Source: Entomortierella parvispora E1425
Taxonomy: Eukaryota; Fungi; Mortierellomycota
Direction: 5' to 3'
Length of the DNA: 64,000 bases
NCBI GenBank assembly: GCA_020891255.1
Contig: BQFW01000008.1
Coordinates: forward strand, 2,728,001-2,792,000
Below are positions 1-9,712 of this stretch, piece by piece. The notes beneath the pieces are model-generated. The model did no database searches. It was not told the origin of the DNA and saw only the letters and a program-made list of their open reading frames with translations. Each line of letters begins with the position of its first letter. The stretch's first letter is position 1. Position numbers and translations under genes: made by a program.

Positions 1-1174
1 TCCATCCACTACTCTCATACTTTGTCAACTTTGGCCACAATTTCGTCATCCATTCCAACGGCTTCTTGCACGGCGCTTCGTTCCATGGAGTCTCTATCGG
101 AAAGCAGTGCACCACAACGTTGGAAAAGTCCTTTCTCTCTTGAATTCTCATTTTCAATATGTAGAGCGAGTCCAGCTCCTTCAGTCTCACCAATTGCTCC
201 AGAAACTTTGTGTTGGCTTCAGACTTTGCCGACCACTCCAAGAAGTTGATCTTTAAGCACTTTAACCGAGTGCAAGTCCACTCCTTCTGAATGCGTTCTC
301 CTGACCAATGCACGAGTCTCATCACATCAAAGACCGAGAACGTGGACACAGACAGCTTCTCCAGCTCTGTGAACAATCTCAGGATCCGTTGCAGCATCCA
401 CGGTTGCAGGTTACTGCTGCCCATCAGATTCAAGCCCCTGAGAGAATGTGCGTACATCAACAGGGTCTGAAAGGTGCCAGGGCCCAAAGGTCGACAGCTG
501 AGGGCCAGCTCTGTCAACTCGAACCCCTGCCTCAGAATCTGGACAGGGAGAAACTGGTCGGGTTCCTCGCACGAGATCCGCAAATGGGTCAGTGTCGTGA
601 GCCACATTTGGAACCAGGGCGGAGGAGGTACACGAAAGGTCATTTTTCTGAACCAGCTCTGAGGCGTAAACGTGAGGTGCAAGGAATACAGCTGAGGACA
701 ATGGGCTAACCAGGCCAGGTCTGCTCCCCAGGGATCGTAGATGACGAGAGCGAGGTGTTCCAAGTAGTTGAACATAGGTGGCCACGTTTTCCCCCTTGTC
801 ATCATCGCCATCTTTGCCTTCACGAAGCTGGTCGCCTTGATCCTTGTCTTTGCTCCGGCGGAATCCACGCTCGCTTCTTCTTCCAATTGTTCACCATAGA
901 TCATTATTTCCCTCAACAATTGGTCCATATGAATATCCATCAAGCTCAGTCTCAAGCTGCGGATATGGTTTTGATGCTGACGGAGAGAACATGCTAACTG
1001 CGATATCATCCCGTCGCGTGGGAATCCTGCTGGGCGATCATGCACAAAGGCAAGGTCGCGATAGAGCACAGGGATGAAGGACTTGTTCCATTCCTTGCTC
1101 ACCCGACTGCACACTGCTAGAGCTGGAGGCTGCAGATACGTTGAGACTTCGAGTCGGACTTCGGGGACGTTCAT
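1..1174 (-). CDS. F-box/LRR-like protein, 3' end runs off the window; tandem paralog of 1490-2746
   Basis: Not in the ORF track; hand translation from ATG 1174 gives MNVPEVRLEVSTYLQPPALAVCSRVSKEWNKSFIPVLYRDL (F-box-like). It ends WTCTRLKCLKINFLEW...PCKKPLEWMTKLWPKLTKYESSGW, aligning to WSCLGLKRLHIKILEW...PCDEPLPWMNAMWPKFKGYKSGGW of the neighbour. Confidence 0.8.
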   Translation of the reverse strand, partial: MNVPEVRLEVSTYLQPPALAVCSRVSKEWNKSFIPVLYRDLAFVHDRPAGFPRDGMISQLACSLRQHQNHIRSLRLSLMDIHMDQLLREIMIYGEQLEEEASVDSAGAKTRIKATSFVKAKMAMMTRGKTWPPMFNYLEHLALVIYDPWGADLAWLAHCPQLYSLHLTFTPQSWFRKMTFRVPPPPWFQMWLTTLTHLRISCEEPDQFLPVQILRQGFELTELALSCRPLGPGTFQTLLMYAHSLRGLNLMGSSNLQPWMLQRILRLFTELEKLSVSTFSVFDVMRLVHWSGERIQKEWTCTRLKCLKINFLEWSAKSEANTKFLEQLVRLKELDSLYILKMRIQERKDFSNVVVHCFPIETPWNEAPCKKPLEWMTKLWPKLTKYESSGW

Positions 1175-1489
1175 TTCTTGAGAGGCGAGTATGTGGCGGG
1201 GGTTGGTTGGATTGCAAAGGTGAGCTCAGGGAAGGTGTCGAAGGGCAAGAAAACAGAGAGGGGGGGGGGAGAGGGGGGAGAAGGAAGAGAATCGCCCTGT
1301 GTTCATGCTGCGTGCCACAAGGGAAAATTAAGGAGAGGTGGAAGAACACTTGTGGCGAACAGCGGAAAAGCTGGAACAGCATCCATAGAGGTCGATGCGG
1401 CGAAAAGTCACTGTCACTTTGAAAGGGGCACCATGCTGGTGAGGGTGGTATAATTAAGATCTTTATTTGTTCATTGTCTGTTCGATTGT

Positions 1490-2746
1490 CTATGGAGTAC
1501 GAGCCGCGGATCCGAGATAGTTATCCAGCACTACCTCCAGGGCTGATTGTAAAGTACAATTGAAAAACAGATCGTGTCTGGCCTGCTGTAAAGATTTTTT
1601 CCCCTGACGACTTTCCCATCCACCACTCTTGTATCCTTTGAACTTTGGCCACATCGCGTTCATCCAAGGGAGTGGCTCATCACAGGGGTCATCGTTCCAC
1701 TTGCACGGATCCTCCTTCCACGAATAGTTGTGTGCCACAATGGTTCCACCACGATCGCATCTCATCGTTTCAATCTCGAGAAACTCCAACTCCGTCAGTT
1801 CTGCTAATTGCACCATGAGATGCCTGTTCTTGTCTGCTTGTGAGTTCCACTCCAAGATTTTGATATGCAAGCGTTTGAGTCCAAGACAGCTCCATTTCAC
1901 TCCCCCATCTTTGATCTCTGCCTCTCTATACCATGGGACTGACATGAGATTTAAGACGGGGAACTCTGAGATGATCACAGTTTCCAGTTTAGTAAATGTT
2001 CCCAGAACAGGTTGAATCACCCATGCATGTGCCTTTTTTTCAGAGACATCCAGATTGCGCAAAGAAGCTTTGAAATCCTGGAGGACCGGCGTGGTTGTGT
2101 CCACGGGAAGGACGGTCAGATCTGTCAGGACGCTACACTGGTGCAGGATCTGGCTCTCCAAGACACTGCTCAATGCCCCATGCGAGATCCGGAGATGCGT
2201 TAGCGTCGTGGTCCAAAAAGGAAGGGCCAAGATGTCGAACATGGACGTGATCGGCGATATCAGGGGGTCGACGTCCTCTTTACGCCAAGAATCAGGGGCA
2301 TTCAGGAGGTTCAGGGACTGGAGTCGAGGACAATGGACGAGCCAGTTCAGTTGGGGCGACCGATCATCAAAGACGGTCAAGGAGATAGATTCCAAGTCGG
2401 GGAACAAGATCGTTTTGGAGGTGGTCCTCTGAGGCTTTTTTCCCTTTTTGTCAGCGTCCTTGGGAGCACATCCCTCGATTTCGCACAAGAGTCGGTCGAG
2501 TTGGGAAGCAAGCAAGTGCAAGCGCAGGCTGCGAATGTGGGCCCGATGGAGATAGATGGAGGAGGCTAGCTGGGGGTGGTACCAACGGTTCGGGGATGTC
2601 TTTGAGGAAGAATGGGTAAAAGTAAGGTTTCGGTAGAGCTCTCGATTGAAGACGGAATAGAAGTTCCTTGAGACGAGCGTGCAGGAGAACAAGTCCGGGA
2701 GTCGCAGATACTTGGCCACCTGGATCTGGATCTCGGCGACTTCCAT
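1490..2746 (-). CDS. F-box/LRR-like protein (418 aa)
   Basis: N-terminal EIQIQVAKYLRLPDLFSCTLVSRNFYSVF F-box-like motif; LxxLxL repeats (LESISL, LQSLNL, LTHLRI); C-terminal WSCLGLKRL motif; single exon. Confidence 0.8.
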   Translation of the reverse strand: MEVAEIQIQVAKYLRLPDLFSCTLVSRNFYSVFNRELYRNLTFTHSSSKTSPNRWYHPQLASSIYLHRAHIRSLRLHLLASQLDRLLCEIEGCAPKDADKKGKKPQRTTSKTILFPDLESISLTVFDDRSPQLNWLVHCPRLQSLNLLNAPDSWRKEDVDPLISPITSMFDILALPFWTTTLTHLRISHGALSSVLESQILHQCSVLTDLTVLPVDTTTPVLQDFKASLRNLDVSEKKAHAWVIQPVLGTFTKLETVIISEFPVLNLMSVPWYREAEIKDGGVKWSCLGLKRLHIKILEWNSQADKNRHLMVQLAELTELEFLEIETMRCDRGGTIVAHNYSWKEDPCKWNDDPCDEPLPWMNAMWPKFKGYKSGGWESRQGKKSLQQARHDLFFNCTLQSALEVVLDNYLGSAARTP

Positions 2747-2749
2747 GGC

Positions 2750-3150
2750 GGACGAAGGAAGGCGAGAGGGTGTAAGATGGAGAGAGGAGGGGAAGGAGAA
2801 TGAAGGATGGATGATAGAAGAGAAAGAGAAGAGAGAAAGAAAAAGAAAAAGAAGGAAGAAAGAAAAAGAAGGAAGAGAGAAAAAGAGAGAAGAGGGGGAA
2901 AAGAGAAGCAGAAGAAGGTGAGCAATGCGGCAAAAGTCGAGTCACGCGCTCGGTCCGCCTCATTCTTTTGGAGTTTGACTGGCGGGAGCAGTGGGTGAGA
3001 GCACCAAGAAGGAGGAAGGACGGAAGGAAGGAAGGAAGGAGAGCATGAGGAAGGAGAGGAAGGGAAGGGGGGAACGCGTCTTTTTTTTTCTTTGTGCTTG
3101 TGTTTGTGTCTGTGTCTGTGTCTGTTTCTGTGTCTGTGTCTGTGTCTGTG
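2750..3150. repeat. GA-rich low-complexity tract and (TGTGTC)n microsatellite between divergent genes
   Basis: Purine-rich runs ~2750-3070 and tgtgtc hexamer repeats ~3105-3150 are directly visible. Confidence 0.7.
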
Positions 3151-4044
3151 CCCTGTCTGTTCCTGTGTGTCTGCACTAGTCTGCACCTGTCTCTTCTCTT
3201 GGCTTTCTTGTCTTCTCCGCGGATGACTATAAACTGGAAGAAGATCCCTTGTTGCTTCAATTGCTTCGCCGTTCGTTCCTGGCTTGGTTCCTTGCATCCA
3301 TCTCCATGTTGTAAACTGGATAGCGCCGCCTTTGGCCCCATTCTTCAATTGCAATGTGGTTTTCTCATGTACATGTACTGTACTCTTCCTCTTTGTGCCC
3401 ATCCTTAGCGTGTGCTGCAAACGGTAATTGAAACACCCGCCCTCGCCCACCAGCGCACCGAGCGGAGAGCCGTTTTTTTTTTGTGCTTGGAGTACCGTCC
3501 TTCATCATGCAATTTGCAGCACCAGAGGCCAGAACCAGTGGCCAGCTCACCTTGAACTTTGCCACCGTAACCTGCCTCTTTCCCTTCTCATTAGCCCAAC
3601 CGCCCCTGACTCATCTCTTTCATCTCTTTTTTTTTTTTTCTTCATCATCCTTTCCATCTCCTCCTCATTCACGTCATCTCTGCCCCCCATTGGCCTCTGT
3701 CCCGCCCAGAGTAAGTTCAGATGGATAAAACACAAAAAACATTAAAAAAAAAAAAATCGAGAGCCGCAAGATGATTGATTCTCCCAACCTGCTCTGCTGT
3801 GTTACTAACGGGGCACTCTTTCCTTTGGACCATCAGGTTATTTTCCAGCTGCACTACTTTGCTCTTTGCGACCAGCTTGCTTCTTCTCATTCCAAACAGA
3901 CACCTGTTCCCGTCGACTGTGCCTATTGAACACACAAGAGTAAGACGCCTGTTGCGGATGAACAAGACTGCAATTGAACATTTTCTCGCGCCATTGTACT
4001 CAATACCTATCTATTGTTTCCTATTGTTTGCAGGGAGCCGTGAG

Positions 4045-7000
4045 ATGACGAACCCCACCAGTCCAAAGGAGGGTCACTCCTGGTTCAGCAAAACAAAAGG
4101 GAAAATGAAGAAGGCGTTCCAGCCCGCGAAGGGCAACAATAATGGAAGCACAGCAAGCAGCTCTCCGCCTACCAGCCCTTTGTCCAGCAGCCATTCAACT
4201 CCGACGTCAACTGTCAAAACGGTGTCTCGCGCCCTAAACGCTCCGAGCCCAGCCAAACTAGCTCCAGTGGTAGCTCTGGAAGCAGCATCGATGGTCCCGC
4301 CGTCCTTCAACCCAGATATCTTTCCCAGTCAAATCGCGCGAACAAATGATATTCACCCCCCTAAAATTGCTCAGCGTATCGATAGCACAGCTCAGCTCGT
4401 CCATTGCGCCCGTTTGCTCCAGCGCATGGACTCTCCATCGTTTTCTCTGTCCGCTCCCGCCTCTTTGTCCACCAACGAACAGCTGAATCTCAGCAACGAG
4501 GACCGTGAGTGGATGAAGAATGTGGAGAATTTGTCTGTGGAAAAGGACAGGATCCACCAACTGCTGACTGGAGTGGCCAACGAGTTCATTTCGGATCCCA
4601 TCAAGGACGAAGATGCCATTCGCGAGGTCATCATTGTTGGTCCCGTTTTGAGAAAGGATCACTTTCGAGCTCTGCTCAACTGTCTCCTCGCCGAGTTCCG
4701 GAACGCTCCCCTCTTGGAAATCGGAAAGCTCCCAGGTCTGGTTCAGTTGGTTCAAGACGCCCCGCCAGACTACCTGGAGACCAACGACCTGATCGACATC
4801 CTTGAGCTCATCAGAAAGCGCCTGGAGGGCACAGATACCCATTCGGAAAAGTACTTGTTCCAACTGACCATGGCCATCTCAAAGGTGCTCAGTGTCATGG
4901 CCGATCTCAACATCAAAGAGTTGGACAGAGTCGAACAACACCAGCCCCTTCGTACCATTTTGGCCGGAATGAAGATTGACAGCAACCCCTACCTGCGATA
5001 TCAGGCCGTCTACGCTGTTCAAGCCCTCCGCTGTGTTCCAGATGACGAGACGCCTTCCCGCTGCTTCTTCAGGCACTTTGTCAACGTGGCCGGTGCCGCC
5101 ATCAAGCTGTCTGGCGTCATGCAGGCCGACATCAATGGTTTTGCTGGTGGTGTCAAGGAGATCCAGTCCAGTCTCACCAGCGTGATCAGTTTTGTAAAGT
5201 CAACAGTGGAGGAAGACATTCCTGCCTTTATGGAAAATGGTGCTGGACTTGTTGACTGTCTGAAAAACATGATCAAGTCGGACAAGAGGCATCCCTGGTA
5301 CGTCTCCCTCCGCGCTGCTGAGGACTTGATCAAGACTGGCAACCTTCTTGCTTTGAAGGAGTTGTTCTTTGCTGCTCCGAGTCACGACAGCTACTTGTTC
5401 CAGTGGGGATATTGCCAGTTGCTGGGTGAAATCGCGGTGGATCTATCCTGGGATCAGGATACTCGCTGCAAGGCTGTCCAGTTCCTAGGCGAGATTTACA
5501 AGCTGAGCTCGGAGCTCCAGGTCAAAGAGTGGATCTTGACCATCCTCAGTTACATTTCGACCTTTACAGACGAGCCCACCAACGCCAAGGCCTCAATTCT
5601 GATCGAAGACCTGAGCACTGGAAATGAGGGAGCACCCCAGCCCCATTACTTTGTTGGACGTCGACTTCCGTTGCCAAAGTTGTCTCCGCTCCTGTTCAAG
5701 GTCAACAAGACAGCCAATCTCGAGCCCACTCTTCTCAAGATCAAGTGGGAGATTACTCAAGGCAGGCGCGGCATGTATGTTCCCTTGATGTCCAAGGCCA
5801 ACCCCAAGGACTCCGGCGAAAAGTTGGATCCGCTCGATCAACGAGTGTTTGACTTTTTGGCGAGCAAAAAAGAAGTCATGTTGATCCTCGGCGGTTCTGG
5901 TTCCGGTAAGACCACCTTTAACGAGCATCTGGAACGCACTCTTTGGGAACAATACCAGCCTGGCGGTCCCATCCCGCTCTTCATCGATTTGAAGGCCATG
6001 GGCAATTTGAATCAGGTCGACATTGCTGAAAAGAAGCTGTCCAACTACCTTTTCAAGCCCGAAGAGATCCGGGAGCTGAAGGAGTACCGACGGATCATCC
6101 TCATTTGTGATGGATACGACGAGGCCAAGACGTTTGCCAATCTCCACAAGCAATTGAAGAGTCAGAGGTGGACTTCCTTCCAGGTCGTGGTCTCTTGTCG
6201 AAGCCAGTACCTTACGAATGCCAACTACCGAAGCTTTTTCGCGCCTCAGACTACTGGCCAAAAGTCGCAGGCCCTCTCTTTGTTTGATGAGGCCGTGGTC
6301 ATGCCCTTTAGAGTTGATCAGATCCGCGATTATATCGAGAAATTCCGAGAAACCGAGGATGCCAGAGACGTTTTTGGTGAGCGACCCATCTGGACCACCG
6401 ACTACTACTTTAAGCAGCTTGGTAGTCTGATGGAGCTGGTCAAGAACCCGTTCATGTTGCGACTCGCCCTTACTACCCTCCCTGGCATCGTCGATGGCGA
6501 GAGCGGTCTCCCCAAGGTCCTGACAACCCGCTTTGAGCTCTTCTTGGCTTTTGGCAAGCAGCACTTTGAGAAGGAGCTCGATAAGCTGAGCGAACAGCGA
6601 GGTGGCAATATGCCTGCGGACGAAGCGAGCGCCTTTGACATCTTGCAGAGCGACTTTTTCAGCTGCGGTATCCACTTTTCCATGCGACTTGCGCACGCTA
6701 TCTTTGTCAAGAACGAGGGTGTCAACCGGGTCGAGTACTCGCCCAAGGAAAAACCAGGCTGGAAGACACCCTTCTTCAGCCCCAAGACCAAGGCCGAGAT
6801 TCGATTGCTGCGTGGCACCATTCAAGTGGCCCGTCATTTCGTGGAAGAGTCTGGACGATATGGTATCTCAAGTTCTAAGGACGTGTATTCTTTCATCCAT
6901 CGGTCCATCATGGAATTTTATTGCGCTTGTCAACTATGTGATATTATCGCGGACCCTTTGCATGAGCACAACCATGCAGAAGAGAGTCAACACACTGTTC

Positions 7001-9528
7001 TTGCAGAGTGTTTGGACCCTGCGGCCAGCCCGCTCTTGCTCTCGGGCCACCCTCTCAACCACAGGAGCATCATCTCAGAGCCCTCAATCGTTCATTTCTT
7101 GGTCGAGCATTCGCAAATGCACCCCGAGTTCCAAGAACAGCTCCGTGAGGTCGTTGAGCGATCCAGGATTGACAAGACTGTCAGCCAGGCTGCCGCCAAT
7201 GCCATTACGATCCTTGTCAAGGCAGGGATCCACTTTAGTGGAGAGGATCTCTCAGGCATCCAGGTCCCAGGCGCCGATCTCGCTGGTGGATATTTTGACT
7301 CTGCAATTCTAAGAGATACAAATCTGACAGATGTCAACCTTTCCAGGGCCTGGTTGCGCCAAGCTGACTTTACCAATGCTCAAATGACCGGGGTTCAATT
7401 CGGAGAGAAACCGTTCCTCACCTTTGAGGGGGTCAGGGCTCCATCCATGGCACTCTCACCCAATGGCAAGAAGGAGTTTGCAGTGGGATTTGCAAATGGT
7501 GAAATCAAGGTTTTGGCCACGTCGGACTGGAGTACGCGCCTGACTCTTCAAGGACATACAGAGCACGTCTCAAGCGTATCTTTCTGTGATAAGGGTCGAT
7601 ATCTTGCTTCCGGAGGTGCGGATACAGACGTTCGAGTGTGGAACCTTGAGAACCCCTCAGACTGTCGTATTCTGAAGGGCCACCCCAAGGAGGTGAACTA
7701 CCTGGCTTTCTCTCCAGATGGTCGTAACATTGCTACGATCTGCATGGACAAGAAAATCAGAATATGGGCTGCTGACTCCTTCTCGCTCTTGTTCGAGATG
7801 GAGGACGGTGACGACTTGCATCTTAATCTTGCCTGGTCACTAGATGGAGAGCAGCTCGCAACCCGTGGTATGGATGGAGCGGTTCGACTTTGGGACCCAA
7901 AGTCAGGAGTGCTACAAGAACGAGTGCCCACTGGATCCAATCGCGGCGCGGGTATAGTCTATTCGCAAGATGGTGAATGTTTTGCCACAGGTGCCGGCCA
8001 AGACGTCTTTGTGAAGGAACTTCAAGTCGAGGGTCATTCTCTTGTGATGAAGGGGCACACAGACTCTGTCCTGGGAGTGGCCATTTCCCAAGATGGTCTT
8101 TGGGTTGCTTCGGCCAGCTCCGATCAATCTGTTCGTCTCTGGGATCGACGCACCGGAAGAGCCATCCTGGAACTCACTGGGCATACTTTCCTTGTTGGTG
8201 AGGTGGCGTTCCTGAACGAAGAAACCCTTCTCTCCTTCAGTCTTGATGGAGAAATGCGTTTCTGGGACTTGAGCAGTGTCATCTCTCATGACGGCGCCCT
8301 CAGTGGAGTTGTTGACCCCGTCCTTCGAGGCCATAGAGGCGTCATCACAGGAGTCTCTTTCTCTCCTGACGGCAAGACTCTCTTGAGTGGCGGCAACGAC
8401 AAGACTGTTCAAGAGTGGGATGTCATTACTGGAGTCTCTCAGACCATTGTGGAGGATCATTGTCGCGTTTCAAGAGTCGCCGACGTGGCCAATAGCGGTC
8501 CCAAGGCTGTCCAAGACTTTGATGCGGAGACTGAGGTCTATGAGACGGTCGATCACAGTCCCTCACGCGTCTTGGGTGTTTGTTACACACCTGACGGACG
8601 GCGGATGGCCATTACGGAGTTGGCAGAGGAGCAAACGCTTTGCAGTCTCAAGATTGATGAGGAAACTGTCGTTGTTGATGGAAGCCTCCGATTAGTCGAT
8701 GAGAAATGTGCAGCGGTAGTTTATTCTCCTTGCGGCCGTTGGATCGCCTTGGGAGAGGCAAGCGGCACCATCCGACTTTGGGATCGTCAGTCAAACACGG
8801 AGACAGCTCTGACTGGCCACACAGACAGCATCAAAGGCGCTGCATTTTCGGTGGACGGTCGACAGATGTCTTCATGGAGTGAGGATCGCACCGCACGATT
8901 TTGGAACACTGAAGATGCCACCTGCACAAGCGTCATGGAGGAGGAGGTCATTGCTATGGAGTTCTCTCCCTGCGGCACCATGGTGGCCTGGAGTCCAATT
9001 GATGCCTTCCTCTTTGGGGCCAAGGATCGCAACTCTTGGCGCACCCTTCACATCCGCGATTTGTCCTCCCAGGAGGTGATCCACAAGCTAAGACACGACT
9101 GTGGAATCCGATCCATCGCCTGGTCTGCCCATGGTATTCTCTCTGCGGACAATGAGCAAAAGGCTCGATTGTGGCAATTGCAACCCCCTGCCAGTGACTC
9201 TCAAGAACAAGAATGGACATGCGTGGCCATTCTCAAAGATTTTGTTGAGGTGGTCAACTCCTTTTCCTGGAGTCCACCTTCAATCTCGCCTCCCCTTTTT
9301 GCAACAGGCTGCGCTGATGGGTCTGTGGGCGTGTGGGTTGTCCTCGGCGAGAACAAGGATGGCAGGCAGCAAGTGAACATCCGTCTGAAGTGGGGTTCGA
9401 CCAACCGACTGACGGCCTCTGATGCCAACATCACAAAGGCCAGCGGTCTCGACACCATTCAGAAAAAGTTGCTCTGTCAACGAGGTGCCATTGATACCTC
9501 CGCTTCTCTGGAAGCCATCGAAGAATAA
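4045..9528 (+). CDS. NLR-like STAND protein: Arm-like helical N-domain + NACHT + pentapeptide repeats + WD40 repeats
   Basis: Walker A GGSGSGKT (~5890), Walker B IILICDGYDE, VVVSCRSQYL, pentapeptide DLSGIQVPGADLAGGYFDSAILRDTNLTDVNLSRAWLRQADFTNAQM, many GH...WD/WN repeats. ATG 4045 follows a ttgcag acceptor, so the upstream part of the 3775 ORF is probably intron/UTR. Confidence 0.9.
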   Translation: MTNPTSPKEGHSWFSKTKGKMKKAFQPAKGNNNGSTASSSPPTSPLSSSHSTPTSTVKTVSRALNAPSPAKLAPVVALEAASMVPPSFNPDIFPSQIARTNDIHPPKIAQRIDSTAQLVHCARLLQRMDSPSFSLSAPASLSTNEQLNLSNEDREWMKNVENLSVEKDRIHQLLTGVANEFISDPIKDEDAIREVIIVGPVLRKDHFRALLNCLLAEFRNAPLLEIGKLPGLVQLVQDAPPDYLETNDLIDILELIRKRLEGTDTHSEKYLFQLTMAISKVLSVMADLNIKELDRVEQHQPLRTILAGMKIDSNPYLRYQAVYAVQALRCVPDDETPSRCFFRHFVNVAGAAIKLSGVMQADINGFAGGVKEIQSSLTSVISFVKSTVEEDIPAFMENGAGLVDCLKNMIKSDKRHPWYVSLRAAEDLIKTGNLLALKELFFAAPSHDSYLFQWGYCQLLGEIAVDLSWDQDTRCKAVQFLGEIYKLSSELQVKEWILTILSYISTFTDEPTNAKASILIEDLSTGNEGAPQPHYFVGRRLPLPKLSPLLFKVNKTANLEPTLLKIKWEITQGRRGMYVPLMSKANPKDSGEKLDPLDQRVFDFLASKKEVMLILGGSGSGKTTFNEHLERTLWEQYQPGGPIPLFIDLKAMGNLNQVDIAEKKLSNYLFKPEEIRELKEYRRIILICDGYDEAKTFANLHKQLKSQRWTSFQVVVSCRSQYLTNANYRSFFAPQTTGQKSQALSLFDEAVVMPFRVDQIRDYIEKFRETEDARDVFGERPIWTTDYYFKQLGSLMELVKNPFMLRLALTTLPGIVDGESGLPKVLTTRFELFLAFGKQHFEKELDKLSEQRGGNMPADEASAFDILQSDFFSCGIHFSMRLAHAIFVKNEGVNRVEYSPKEKPGWKTPFFSPKTKAEIRLLRGTIQVARHFVEESGRYGISSSKDVYSFIHRSIMEFYCACQLCDIIADPLHEHNHAEESQHTVLAECLDPAASPLLLSGHPLNHRSIISEPSIVHFLVEHSQMHPEFQEQLREVVERSRIDKTVSQAAANAITILVKAGIHFSGEDLSGIQVPGADLAGGYFDSAILRDTNLTDVNLSRAWLRQADFTNAQMTGVQFGEKPFLTFEGVRAPSMALSPNGKKEFAVGFANGEIKVLATSDWSTRLTLQGHTEHVSSVSFCDKGRYLASGGADTDVRVWNLENPSDCRILKGHPKEVNYLAFSPDGRNIATICMDKKIRIWAADSFSLLFEMEDGDDLHLNLAWSLDGEQLATRGMDGAVRLWDPKSGVLQERVPTGSNRGAGIVYSQDGECFATGAGQDVFVKELQVEGHSLVMKGHTDSVLGVAISQDGLWVASASSDQSVRLWDRRTGRAILELTGHTFLVGEVAFLNEETLLSFSLDGEMRFWDLSSVISHDGALSGVVDPVLRGHRGVITGVSFSPDGKTLLSGGNDKTVQEWDVITGVSQTIVEDHCRVSRVADVANSGPKAVQDFDAETEVYETVDHSPSRVLGVCYTPDGRRMAITELAEEQTLCSLKIDEETVVVDGSLRLVDEKCAAVVYSPCGRWIALGEASGTIRLWDRQSNTETALTGHTDSIKGAAFSVDGRQMSSWSEDRTARFWNTEDATCTSVMEEEVIAMEFSPCGTMVAWSPIDAFLFGAKDRNSWRTLHIRDLSSQEVIHKLRHDCGIRSIAWSAHGILSADNEQKARLWQLQPPASDSQEQEWTCVAILKDFVEVVNSFSWSPPSISPPLFATGCADGSVGVWVVLGENKDGRQQVNIRLKWGSTNRLTASDANITKASGLDTIQKKLLCQRGAIDTSASLEAIEE

Positions 9529-9712
9529 AACAACGGGTATTAATATATACCATCTGCATTGGTCTTCATTCATATTTATCAAAAATAAAAAGAAAAAAAA
9601 ACTGGATGAGAACTGTAGGATCCAAACAATATTTATTATTTACAAAAAGTTTGCGATGAACCAGGGGAGGTGGGAATTGTTGAATGTTGGGAGGAGGATC
9701 TAAAGCGAGACT

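Noticed and set aside
2451-3450. ORFs 2451-3341 and 2566-3450 as genes
   Set aside because: They are translations of GA/CT-rich low-complexity DNA upstream of the F-box gene.
4045-4400. Amyloid signalling motif at the NLR N-terminus
   Set aside because: The region is S/P/T-rich and disordered, with no HET-s-, PP- or sigma-like pseudo-repeat and no adjacent HeLo-type effector gene.
5593-6837. Long antisense ORFs (e.g. 5593-6837, 45621-46313, 58233-58722)
   Set aside because: They are shadow frames of codon-biased real genes, with no domain signatures.
7440-9350. HET-E-type highly conserved WD40 repeats undergoing concerted evolution
   Set aside because: The WD repeats are mutually divergent, with no near-identical 126-nt units.
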